From Dudresnaya verticillata (lineage: Eukaryota), in NCBI GenBank assembly GCA_977862235.1, contig OZ374560.1:620001-684000 (forward strand): a stretch of DNA of 64,000 bases, in the 5' to 3' direction. The position numbers were made by a program, and so were the translations under genes. Positions within the stretch are counted from its first letter, which is position 1. Each line of letters begins with the position of its first letter. The notes under the pieces are model-generated. The model was not told the origin of the DNA. It did not search any database and saw nothing but the letters and a program-made list of their open reading frames with translations. Shown here piece by piece: positions 24,121 to 35,186 of this stretch.

Positions 24121-26163
24121 ATGGTGGACAAGGGTCACGAGAAGGGAACCGAGTCCCACGAAGAGCGCGTCGATGCGACTAGTCATCGCCTCGAGGGTGA
24201 GCTCGCTGCTGCCGCGGAACGTGAGGCCTCGGAGCCCACGCGGGATGTTTCGGTGCCTCCGAGGGCTTCGGGCCCTTCATCGAATATCGCTGGTCCTGCG
24301 GCTGACTCCGGTGAATACGTGCCACGGACGCTCGCGATGCCGCACGTGGTGGGCATCGGGGCTTCGGGGCCTTCGTGTGCGGCGGACCTCGGTAGTCCGT
24401 ACGTAAGTTCGGGCGGTTCGAAACCGCAATTCGCGAATCGGGGTTGGTAGTCGAGTGCTTCGTTGGGTCCGCCGAATTTCGGGACAAAGTATGAGAGTGC
24501 TCCGAGGCTTCCGTCTGCGCAGTTGTACTTCGCGTGGGATGAGCTCGCGATCCCCGGAGTTACTCACGAAGAGGTTGCTGCCTACGATGGCCGTGTTCGT
24601 CCGGATCTCGCTCGCTTTCGTGCGCTTTGCGAGGGTCGCGATGATAACGGAGCCGGTGTCTTCCATGTATTCTGGCCCCGTGGACCCGTGTATCCTACTC
24701 CGATGGGCCTTCCGTGTGACGTCTCCTACGTGACCGCGGTCGACGATGTTGCTTACGTAGATGCGTGTGCGCGTGTGCTCCTGGCACCGGGTGCGGGTAT
24801 CTCCGTGGATTCTCCAGTGGTTTCGGTCGCTCGCTTTCGTGATTACCCGGAGTTCGAGTCCGCCGCGGGAAACGTGTGGCGCCACGTAGACTCGCTTTCT
24901 CGCATCCTCGGAGTGCACATCGGTGCCGGAGACTGGGCGCCGTTTCGTGGCGCGGGCTCGATGCCCGATCGCTTGGATACGAATTCGCGTCTCGATGACC
25001 GCGTGCCTCTGAGCATGTTTCCGAGTTCGTTCTGGTTCGATACCTCGTGTATTCGGGCCCCCGCGGGCTTAGTTGTGCCACCTCCGAGGGTGATTCGTTA
25101 CTTCGGTCTCGTTGTCGACCTGTTTGCGGAACATACGAAGAAATACTTCGTGCGTTTTCGAGATTCCGAATATCGCTTCGAGCTTGGTCGCGCGTTAATT
25201 TCGGATGTCACGCAGCGTTAATACGTATGGGTGCTCGATGCTTCGTTGCGTAGTTTCGTTCGTGATCTTTGGTCGAAGTCGTTCTCCGAGGATGGCGGGT
25301 ATCCGGATCTTTCGCTCCGAGGCTCAGATCGCACGATGCCGTTCACTAAGATACTCGCGATTGCCATCGAGGCTGCGAATCGGAGGGAGCCCCAGTCGAC
25401 TCGTCGCGATTTTCCAACGGGACAGTGGTCCCAAGTGGTCGGTCACGATGTGGGCTCCGGGGCCTGGTTCGATTGGCGTCACAACCGTCCTTCACGAGGG
25501 GGGCGCGGTCCGCGAGTTGATCTGTTTTCGCATCCGAGTGCCGCGGTTCGTGCCATCGGAGGCGAGGTTGGTCCGCTGCCGCGTGTGCCTCGTTCCGTAG
25601 CTCCGGATATTTCGCCGCTGCTGACTCCGGGGTCACCTCTTGGCACCGGGGCCGTTGCGTTGATGCCGAGCGCTTCGCGTTCTTCGATCGCGAGTCTCTA
25701 GATGCGCTGTCCTACGGATGTTCGCACTCTCGACTCCTTGAGCGATGCTTGTCGCGAAGCGGGCATCTCCCCCGATGGGACTCTTCGGCAGCTGTGGGAC
25801 GACCTCGGTGGAAGCTTCCTTCGCACGGTCACGGATGTGATTCACCTTCGTAGGCAGCTTCGTGATCGGGATGCGGAGATAGCGGACCTTCGTCATCGTA
25901 TGCGTAACCTCGATTTGGGTGGCAAGCGTCGGCGCGAAGAATACGGTTACCCGAGTTACGATGCTTCGCGTTACGGGTCTGGCTCCGGAGGCCCTTCGGG
26001 CTTCGGACCCAGCGGTGGGGACGGTTACGATGGTCACCGCGGACAATCGCAGACATCGGATCCGTATGCGCCGAACTTTCTTCGCGTGACTCGAGATGAA
26101 AACGGAAACGACCCTCGTGATAGCCCGCCTTACGACTCCACGAACCCGTATGGTCGCTCATAG
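24121..26163 (+). pseudogene. Antisense accessory ORF (~680 codons, three in-frame stops), unknown protein
   Basis: ORFs 24121-24450, 24463-25221, 25231-25701 and 25702-26163 are all in one frame; T-rich trailer and AATAAA at 26472; protein-level homology to 36670-37693(-). Confidence 0.85.
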
Positions 26164-27283
26164 TTGTACGTAGTGATAGCACCGAGGCTTTTTCTTTCAG
26201 CTTCGTAGCTGCGTGGTTTCTCGTTTTCGATATCGAACTCCTTGTTCTCGGAGCTCACGGTGGCGGGGTCTCGGTCCCTGGTATCGTCTCGAGTAAACGT
26301 TTTTCTCTTTCTCGACTCTTCGTTTGCCTCGTAGTGATAGTCACGTAGTTGTTAGCATCGTAGCTTTAGCTTCGTAGCTTCCCGTAAACGAGCTTCGTGC
26401 TCAAGTGTGCGAATCTGGGACTTGTTCGTGGTTCGGCTTCGTTTTTCGTGATACGTGTGACGTTGATTACGAATAAATTACGCGTGTTTCCTTCGAGGAG
26501 TTGAGTCATCGAGACGTCGTGAGATCTGCGTGCACGGCCCCCTCCTCAAGGCGAAGGCGTCCGCGCCGACGTGCTTGGGGGGTTTGCGGATACGCGCTCC
26601 TCGGAGAGCTGTGCGTGTGGGGCGATGATCGCGCTGGGCAAGTCGCGTGAGCTCCGGAGCTGTCGTGGAAGAGCTGCTTTGGGGGCGCATCGAGGCGCAG
26701 GCGTACGCGTCAGCGAGCTCCGAGGCAAGCGGTTGCAGGGCGCACGTCTAGGACTCCGTGGTTGCGTCGAAGGTTCATCGTAAAAAAGGAGTGAGCTCCG
26801 GCGCTCAAGAGAGGGGTTGAGTTGGCACCTGCGCTGCTCCGAGGCAGGCGATCGAGCGACGTTGGCGTGATGCGCGGGTTGCGAAAGCGAAGTGCGTATT
26901 GCGGGTGGCATCGGCCTCGAAGTATGACGTCAGGCGCGTATGAAAAGTTACGTATAGTTCACCGTGTCCGTCCGTTGCGGTGTCAGCTCCTGTAATGCGA
27001 GTGCCGCGGTGCAACCGTGTGCGTGGATGCGCCAGCGTCGAATATCACGAAGCTCGTGGGACACAGTGCGTGTCCACCACCGCAGCAGTGGGCGCGCCCA
27101 TCGTGATACCGCGGAACGCTTCCGACTGCGTGAGAAGCGACTTCGTGTGGGCATCGGGACGAACGAATCCGTGAGCGCTCGCGGACAGGTGATGTGGAGA
27201 GGTCTTCTTGATGCCGCCGAAGGCTGCGGGTTGCGAATCACGAAGTCGGAGCCACGTAACCACTCGGGGTCCTAGTCGGAGAG

Positions 27284-30200
27284 TCATTCGTGGGCGAGTA
27301 GCACGGGATCACGCGGGTCCGCTTGGCTTCGGAGCCTTGCGAAGTAGCGCGAGACGAGTTCTTCGGGCACGTGCGTGCGAGGTTCCCACGTAGGCGTTGC
27401 GTAGCCGTCCCACTTGATACGAAACACGAATTTCCCGTCTTCGTCTGTCGCGTGATCGAGGATACGATCGACAACGTACTCGGGGCCTTCGTTGACCTTT
27501 TCCGCAATGTCTTCGGGTCGCGTAACCAACTGTCGCGAATTCGTGGGTGGTGGCGCGTAGATACAGCGGTCTGCGGAGACGCGTTCAGCGAGGCCCTTGC
27601 GATCGATTAAGAGTGTACGCGTATCGTTGAAGAGCACTTTGTAGGGTACATCCGCGGGAGATTTCAACTTCAGAAGTTTCATTTTCCCATCGCGGGTATC
27701 GAGGAACACGTAGTCTCCGGGTTTGACGCGGCTCTTCGTGCGTCGGATGCGTTTGTCGAAGTCGCGCTTGCATCGGTTTTGCACGCGTTGTAACGAAGTT
27801 CGTGCGGAGATGATTGCGACATCGAGTCGCTTAATGAAATCGTTTCGAATGTCCTCCGTGGATTTCAGTCGGTGCTTACGGGAGAGATGCTTAACGGTGA
27901 ATTCAGGCGGCGGTCGCGATAAAAGTAGATTGAACGGAGTTGTCTTCGTAGACCGATGAACGTGGCAATTGTACGAATACGTTAACGCGGAGACATAGCG
28001 ATCCCAATCGTTTTGATGGTCGTTCACGTAGTTACGAAACATCGCGAGGATAGTCCGGTTATATCGTTCGGTTTGTCCATTCGTTTGCGGATGATATGCG
28101 GAGGTGAACACGTTCCATAACCCGAGTAGGCGGCAGACGCCCTGAAAGAACTTCGAAGTAAATTGTTTTCGGTTATCCGAGAGCACCGAGGCTGGCGGTC
28201 CATACTTGAATATCCATACTTCGCAAAACGCGACTGCGTCGTGATACGCGGTTATGACTCGTAGTGTAGCCACCTGGGTCAACTTCGTAAATCGATCCGT
28301 AATCACAAGGATGAACTTGCGTCCAGATTTCGTTCGTGACAGCGGGCCTAAGATGTCAATCGCGACCGATTCGAGTGGGCGCGTAGCGGGGAAGAGCTTC
28401 AAGCGATGAAGGCTCCTTCCTAAGCGAATCCGATTTCTCGCGCAGTGCTTGCAACTTCGGACCGTAGATGCGATATCGGCAGCCATGTAAGGCCAGTAAT
28501 ACGTTTCACGAATTGAGTAAAACATGCGATTCTGCCCCGGGTGGCCAGCGAGTAACGAATGGTGCGCTAGCGTAAGTAACCGGGGTCGGAGCGTTTCGGG
28601 CAATACGATTTGCGTTAACTTCGGGATTGTCGGATGCGTTCGTCGCAGGAGACCGTCTCCATATTCGTGAAAGATAATATCCTTTGTTTTCGATTGTCGT
28701 GCTTGTATCGTTTGGCAGAACGAATCAATACGCTGTCCCTCGAGGATCTCGGATACGGTATTCGGCGCGGGTAGGTCTACGGGTTTGAGATCGGTTAGGT
28801 CACGCAGTTCTTCGTTAGGATCGATTCGATAAAGGTCAAACGGATCATCGTAATCGATATCGTCCCATAAATCGCAGTCATCGTAGACATCGTTTTGTCC
28901 TGCGTATTCGTCACGTAGTGCTTCGTCGTGTGCGTGGGCGCAGCATTCGTGGCTTTGCGGATGGTGAGCTTCGTAATCTTTCGGGACCTCCGTGGGTCTT
29001 TTCGGAGTGCCTGCTCGAATTACCTGTTTTGCGAGTGTAGTCCTCCTCATGGAGTCGTGGCGAACCGCGGTAACATTCGATTGACGGTTGCGAGATCGCG
29101 TAGTGATGAGAACCGGGTCTCCTGCGTTTTCGATAGTTTCTGCGACGTCGTTTCGGAAGCGTGCTTCGTTCTTTGCTGCGTTTTGATCCGAGTCAAAGGT
29201 AGGCACTTCTTGGTCGATTGTGGGTTGTTTGCGACGCGGAAGTAGCAACCGCGAGAGGGAATTGGGAATGTGGTGGACGCGACCGGGGCGATACACGATT
29301 TCGAAGTCGAATTCGGCTAGGCGCGGCCTCCATCGCGTGAGTCGCCCGGAAGAATCGGTGAGAGAAAGAAGCCAGCGGAGCGCGTCGTGGTCCGTACGCA
29401 CGGTGAACCGGGTCGCTTCGATATACGGATGTAACGAAGTAACCGCCCATACGACCGCGTAGCATTCGCGCTCGGTCGCGGAGTAGTTCTCCTCTGCATC
29501 GTTTAACGAATAAGACCAGTAGCCCACCGGTTGGAACTCTTCGTTATCTTGCTCCTGTAGCAACGCGCACCCGAGTTGATACGCAGACGCGTCCTTATCG
29601 ATGATGTAGCGTTTCCCGAGTTGCGGTAACCGGAGTATCGCCGGTGACACGAGCTTCCGTTTGAGCGTTTTGAATGCGGTAACCTGATCCTCCGTGGGAT
29701 TCTCGTAGTCAGGATCCGCGTCCTTTCGTGTCATGTTCGTCAACGGGCGCGCAATTTTCGCGAAGTCTTTCACGAATCTTCGGTATACGTTACACGCGCC
29801 GAGGAACGAACGGACTTGCGTGAGGGTCTTCGAGACCTTCGCGTATCGGAATGCCTGTGAGCTCTTCTCGGCCATTCTCAGCTTTCCCGGGGAAATTACG
29901 TGTCCGAGATAGTCGACTCGCTTGCGGGAAAGGAAGCACTTCTTCATTTTGAGCGAAACCGCGGAGTTATGAAGTAGAGTGAGGACTTGATCGAGATGCG
30001 CGATGTGTTCAATAAGATTCGCGGAGAAAACGATCACGTCATCGAGGTAAACGAGACAGCACTGCCAACGGACTCCGGATAGAATGATATCGAGTGCACG
30101 TTGAAACGTAGCGAGCGCGTTTTTCAAACCAAAGGGCATACGAAGATAACGATAAGTTCTGAGAAACGAAGTAAACGTAGTCTTGTCGCGGTCTTCCGGG

Positions 30201-31081
30201 GCAAACGAAATCTGCCAGTACCCGCTGTTACAATCGAGTGTCGAGAAAATCGAAGCGTCTCCGAGTGAATCGATACAATCTTCCATCCGGGGAAGCGGGT
30301 ACGCGTCGGATAGTGTCTTCGTATTGAGTCTTCGGTAATCTACGCAAAACCGAAGTGTTCCGTCTTTCTTCGGTGCGAGGACTACGGGGGACGCCCACTC
30401 CGAGGTGGCTGGTTCGATTACCCCGGCTTTGAGCATACTGTCGATTTCGTTACGGACGATTTCACGTATTGCGGGCCCTTGACGGTAGGGCATCGAACGA
30501 ATAGGTCGAGTCCCGGGTTGTAGATCTATCCGATGGTCCGTGGCTGCGATCGTTCCGAGGTCTCCGTTCCACATCGCTTCGTGCTTACGTAGCATCTCGA
30601 GGACCTCGTTTCGCATAGTTTCATGGGGTATGTTCGAAAGGTCTACGCGTTCTTCCCAATCACGGGAACTCGAATTGGCTTCGGCTGCCGCAGTCGCGGC
30701 GCCCTTCGTGAGCGGTTTTTCCTTCGTGGATACGGATTCTTCGGGTGACTTCGAGTCGTCGTGCTCACGTAGCGTAGAGATGTTGAGCACCTTGGCAAAC
30801 AAATCCGCGATTTCGCGATCGGGTGTCAAAATCGCGAGCGGGTTTCGAGCCGCGTATCCGATGACGGTTCCCTTCGGTAGAGCTCGAGGCTTATCCGTGA
30901 AGTTCGCCATCAAAACCGAAAACTCGCGATTCGGACTGACTTCGTGTATCCCGTTCGTTAACTGTACTCCGTGTCGGTGTTGCAACGAAGGCTTCGGTTC
31001 GATATGAATTAGTCCGAGTGCTTCCGAGGTCACGGTGACTAGCTTCTGCGAATAACTCGGTATGGTGACGCGGCGGTTCAA
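27284..31081 (-). CDS. pol: Pol: dUTPase-like linker, reverse transcriptase, RNase H, integrase, chromodomain (open 1265 codons; upstream PR region disrupted)
   Basis: LRFCVDYRRLN, MPFGL, YLDD; DAS..ERECYAVVWAV..TDHDAL; HHSLLAGH..CKHC; IDILGP..SDN..QTERYN; EYVVDRILDH..FRIKWDGY..TWEP. Confidence 0.97.
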   Translation of the reverse strand: MNRRVTIPSYSQKLVTVTSEALGLIHIEPKPSLQHRHGVQLTNGIHEVSPNREFSVLMANFTDKPRALPKGTVIGYAARNPLAILTPDREIADLFAKVLNISTLREHDDSKSPEESVSTKEKPLTKGAATAAAEANSSSRDWEERVDLSNIPHETMRNEVLEMLRKHEAMWNGDLGTIAATDHRIDLQPGTRPIRSMPYRQGPAIREIVRNEIDSMLKAGVIEPATSEWASPVVLAPKKDGTLRFCVDYRRLNTKTLSDAYPLPRMEDCIDSLGDASIFSTLDCNSGYWQISFAPEDRDKTTFTSFLRTYRYLRMPFGLKNALATFQRALDIILSGVRWQCCLVYLDDVIVFSANLIEHIAHLDQVLTLLHNSAVSLKMKKCFLSRKRVDYLGHVISPGKLRMAEKSSQAFRYAKVSKTLTQVRSFLGACNVYRRFVKDFAKIARPLTNMTRKDADPDYENPTEDQVTAFKTLKRKLVSPAILRLPQLGKRYIIDKDASAYQLGCALLQEQDNEEFQPVGYWSYSLNDAEENYSATERECYAVVWAVTSLHPYIEATRFTVRTDHDALRWLLSLTDSSGRLTRWRPRLAEFDFEIVYRPGRVHHIPNSLSRLLLPRRKQPTIDQEVPTFDSDQNAAKNEARFRNDVAETIENAGDPVLITTRSRNRQSNVTAVRHDSMRRTTLAKQVIRAGTPKRPTEVPKDYEAHHPQSHECCAHAHDEALRDEYAGQNDVYDDCDLWDDIDYDDPFDLYRIDPNEELRDLTDLKPVDLPAPNTVSEILEGQRIDSFCQTIQARQSKTKDIIFHEYGDGLLRRTHPTIPKLTQIVLPETLRPRLLTLAHHSLLAGHPGQNRMFYSIRETYYWPYMAADIASTVRSCKHCARNRIRLGRSLHRLKLFPATRPLESVAIDILGPLSRTKSGRKFILVITDRFTKLTQVATLRVITAYHDAVAFCEVWIFKYGPPASVLSDNRKQFTSKFFQGVCRLLGLWNVFTSAYHPQTNGQTERYNRTILAMFRNYVNDHQNDWDRYVSALTYSYNCHVHRSTKTTPFNLLLSRPPPEFTVKHLSRKHRLKSTEDIRNDFIKRLDVAIISARTSLQRVQNRCKRDFDKRIRRTKSRVKPGDYVFLDTRDGKMKLLKLKSPADVPYKVLFNDTRTLLIDRKGLAERVSADRCIYAPPPTNSRQLVTRPEDIAEKVNEGPEYVVDRILDHATDEDGKFVFRIKWDGYATPTWEPRTHVPEELVSRYFARLRSQADPRDPVLLAHE

Positions 31082-31837
31082 AAGAATGGTACGGGTGTCT
31101 CGGTCCCAGTCATGGAGCCCGCGTTGATGTCGTTTCGATAGCGTTTTCTAGAATTTCTGCTTCGGATTTTTCGAATTAGTAGCGGGCGGAGCCGATCCAG
31201 CAATGCTGTTGATAATCGGAATCGTGCTTCCACTCTTCGTGATAAGCCTCCGTGGGCTGAGCTCGATGCTTCGTAAATGCGCGTCCATCCACGAAGTTCC
31301 AAGGAGAACGTCGACTGCGAGTTTCTCCGCAACCACGAAGGGTACGCGGTATCGAACGTTCCCAAGGCGGACTGTCAGGTAAACGATACCATCGAGTCGC
31401 AACGGGGTGCGATCAGCGGACGCGAGCCTTGGAGCGGATTACATCTTGGACGCGTTCGCTTCCCAACCGGTGGGTAACGCAGCCCGGGATCTTAGGTTGT
31501 AACCGGAACACCTATCGACTGCAATCGTATGCGGCGCCATTACGGAGGCATCGAGGCCAATGGATCCGGTCACGAGGAAGATCTCCGAAGGCATCAAGCA
31601 AACGTATCCCTCGGTGGTAATTTCGGGTTCGATCTTCGAGATCGGTATATTCTTCGAACTGTTTTCGCAGGAAGGGGCTTTCGCGAGGACGCGACATCGC
31701 TTTCGGTCTCGTCGTCGTGCAGCGCGCTTCCTTCGAATCGCAACGGCTCTCGGAATCGGAATATGCGGAGTGTCTCGGGGAACAGATTCAGACGAAGTGC
31801 GTGACACAACGGGCGTCTTCGCCCTTACTCGTTTTCC
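31082..31837 (-). pseudogene. Aspartic protease region of pol (stop and frameshift)
   Basis: PHTIAVDRCSGYNL (DTGSG in the paralog at ~61095), VDVLLGTSWMD. Confidence 0.85.
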
Positions 31838-34272
31838 GAACTCGAACTAGAATCCGAATTACGAGCGTCCGCGTCCAAAGGGGGGTTGATCGATCACCTC
31901 TTCCGTTATTCGCGGAGTCTTCGTAAGCCTCCGAGGGCAGGTTCGGGTGACTCGGCTCAATCGCGTCAACGTTTTCACGGACTGCGAGAACCGGTTGACG
32001 GCCCGGAGTCTGTGCGTGTCTCGGATTGCGGAGGACGGTCGGCGGTCCTCGACGCTCAAAGCTGACTTGACGTTGGGCGCGGTCCCTCGGGTAGCGCGTA
32101 TCGCCTTGATGAAGATCTCGGTTTACGCGATTGTCACGCGATCCTCGGGAGTCTTGTCCACGGTGACCTCGATTGTCAACAGACTCGAACGAATTCCCTC
32201 TTGCGGCACCGCGATTCACGAAGTTATTACGCGTATACAGTCTCGTCTCGAGTTGATAGAGATAGTTCTGATACGCTCAGTAGAGATGTTGCTCCTTCGT
32301 GAGATACGGACACGAATACATCAGGTGACCGATTTCGCGACAGAACCAACACGGCCACACATCCTGGTTCTTCGGGATCATCGAACGCGCCATCTCGATT
32401 TGTTCCGGGGTCATCGGGGGACACGTGCGGGTACGAAACGCTCGATGCGACTCGTGAGATCTAACGTATCGTCCACGGAGACCGTTGTCAAAGTAGTCGG
32501 TGTAGCGGATGTGGACCGGTTCCTGAACGAATCATCATCACGGCCATTTGCGGATCTTCGTTCATCGGGTAATAGTATTCATTCCCGGGTGTGTCGCAAG
32601 CTTGGATAAGCATCGTGCGTCCGGGCACTTGGCGAGTCTTCGGGTATGTAGTGGGCGCTCGGTTCTTCGAATCACGCGTCTGTTGGGCAGCGGTTTCATG
32701 TAGATCACGAGCTCGGAATGTCGTACCTTCGGCTTGCGCGATTCGTTGTACACTCATGAAATCCTTTTGCTCGGACCACGGTAAACGGCGAACCTGGTCG
32801 ACCACGATAGGGTACGTAGTAAGTAGGAATCCACGAATAAATTGGTGCGTTAAAGAAGATTCATCGTAGACACCTGAGCAGACATCCGCGTAGCCTTGTA
32901 GACGAGTCGCGAATTCCATCTTGGTTTCTTCGGACTTCTGCTTCGCGGTAATCACGCGATCGTGTGCGTCAGCGATTACGTCTTTCATGAGAAATCGTTG
33001 GAGCAATACGTTCACGATAGCGGACCAGAAAACCGGGTTGCCAGTACGAACGCCTCCGAAGGCATAGTGTGGATAAACCTTGAGCGCGGTCTCGTCGAGG
33101 AACCACGAGATCGTACTAACTGCTGCTCCTTCGGTGAGCCCGACTCCGTTCAGCGCCTGTCGAATATCACGAAGAAATGTGAGAACCTTAATCGGATCGC
33201 GTCCCGTAAACTTCTCGAGTCTCGGCATCATCGAACGCATGCGCGAAACGGTTTTCGACGTGTTACCTCGGAATACGTCGTGTTGGTTATCCTGAGGTGA
33301 CGATTTCGTGAGTCGATACGATCGATAGTTTACGGCCCACGCGAATTCGGGAATGAGCGTCGGTATCGGTTCGACGCCCGGCTCGAGCGGTCCCCAGTGC
33401 CAGAACGATGACACGGGTCCCGCGAGCGATAACGGATTTTCGATTACGGGTCCTCCGGAGGACATCGGTGGTTGAAGTGAAGCTCGGAATGCTGCGGGGT
33501 TGATACGGGGGTTGTCGGAGGCATCGGTTGCCTGATTCGATAAAGGGTGCGGGGACTGATTCGGATACGTGTTTTTCGGTAACGTGGATTGGGCACCCGG
33601 GCCTTGCACGGGTTGAACTAGCGGCGAAATGCGGGGGTCGGGACGGGCTTCGGGATGATCTTCGCGACTTCGAGACTTCGGTGACGCTGCGGACACGATG
33701 TCACGAATAGCGTTCAACTGTTCCTCGGAGAATGCGTGCGAGCTGCGAACGGGAAGCGAGTGACTCTCCTTGCCCACGGGGGCGGTCGCGTTGCGCTTGA
33801 GCACGAGAAAACGTTTGCTGACTCCCGAGACGAGATCCCGGAGACTCTCGAATGAGTCTTCGATCCTACGGACCTTGCCAGCACGGAAATTGTCGAACTC
33901 TGCGTGAACTCGATTATGCGTATTAAGAATTGAAAGCTGCGTGATACAGTACGCAGTGGAAAGCGCGTCGATGACCTCTTCGTAGAGTAAACGTAGTTCT
34001 GCACCGGATACGTCCTTCATCGAGAAGATTCGATCGACGGTATCCGGGGGAACGATTTCCAACGGAGTGTACGTATACGAAAGGTCGGACTGGCTACCGT
34101 GAGCCTGCGAACGCGAGTCTGTGCGAGGATCGGGTACCGTTATACGTGAAGCGCGAGTGCCAGAAAACGGTTCTTGGTCACTCGCGTTCGAGTCGAATAA
34201 CGGGAGCTCCGGAATCGGTACGTCATCGGGTTTCGGTACCGGCGAATCGGGACGACTCGGAGCGTGAGACAT
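31825..34272 (-). pseudogene. gag: gag (frameshifted) with CCHC zinc knuckle
   Basis: 594-aa open N-terminal part with KFTGRDP and QKSEETKMEFATRL..QFIRG; downstream CWFCREIGHLMYSC; ends SSSSENE*. Confidence 0.9.
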
Positions 34273-34324
34273 CGCGTCTCGGATAGAAACGAATTACGAA
34301 TAAATGCGAAACTTCGGAACCAAG

Positions 34325-34342
34325 TTCTAGATCGGGAGACCA
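34325..34342 (-). other. Primer-binding site (probably tRNA-Tyr)
   Basis: Minus-strand TGGTCTCCCGATCTAGAA, 1 nt after the 5' LTR. Confidence 0.75.
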
Positions 34343-34343
34343 G

Positions 34344-35186
34344 TGTGGCATAACGAAGTCCACGGTGACGCGGGGAAGTCTCGTACTGTAAGGAATGGCC
34401 TTGGAGCCTAACGTGTGGCGTCGTAGCCTAACGGAGAAAGGAAAAGGGGTGGTAGCGTGGTAGAGTGGAGCGACCGACACGAAGGACCACGGTGTCAACA
34501 TATTCGTGTGCGGAAGGGAGAACTCGAGCCATCGATCACCGGGGATGACTCCGGGTGCGTGGGGCTATCGAAAGCGAGGCTCGACCGTATCCGCGATCAC
34601 GAAGAGGAATACACCGAACTCGAAGAAACAGGCGTTTACCGAAGACTCCGAGGTCCGGGCGCTAGTCGCTTGCCGGAAACCCTCGGAGGTTGTGCCAGAG
34701 GACTGGCTAAGTAATACTACGTGAGCACGAATACACGGCAACGCAGGAGACGGTTCGTACTCGAATGATTCGTAACGGCCTCGGTGGCAACGAACGGTCG
34801 TCTCACGTATGGTGGCGGTTACGAAGTGCGCCAGCGATGCATACGGAGGTGCACGCGCGTCGTGGGCCTCGGTGCCGTTACGCGCAGGAAACAACGGGAA
34901 GATCACGAAGGTGTCAGCGATTTCGTATCGGGTGCGCACTGTAATGCGAATTCCATCGTGGCGCGCGCGATCACGAAGTCAGCTCGGAATTCGTCCGGAG
35001 GTTTCAGCGATTTCGTATCGCGTGCGTGCTTTAATATGAATGCCATCGTGTCGCGCGCACAGTATGCGCACTGTAATACGTTTTCCATAGTGGCGTGCGC
35101 ATTCATGGAGTCACTTCGAAATTCGTATTTCTCGATTATTTTCACGTAGACCACGGAGTCGTTTTGCGCACAGCGTCTATACCACA
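34344..35186 (-). repeat. 5' LTR (843 bp)
   Basis: TGTGGCATAA...CTATACCACA; followed by TSD AGCCT. Confidence 0.95.

Larger units (their letters stand above)
22643..35186 (-). mobile_element. Full-length Ty3/Gypsy chromovirus (12.5 kb, LTR family A)
   Basis: Direct LTRs 22643-23497 and 34344-35186; TSD AGCCT (22638-22642, 35187-35191); PBS, gag, PR, RT, RH, IN, chromodomain and PPT in order on - strand. Confidence 0.97.
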
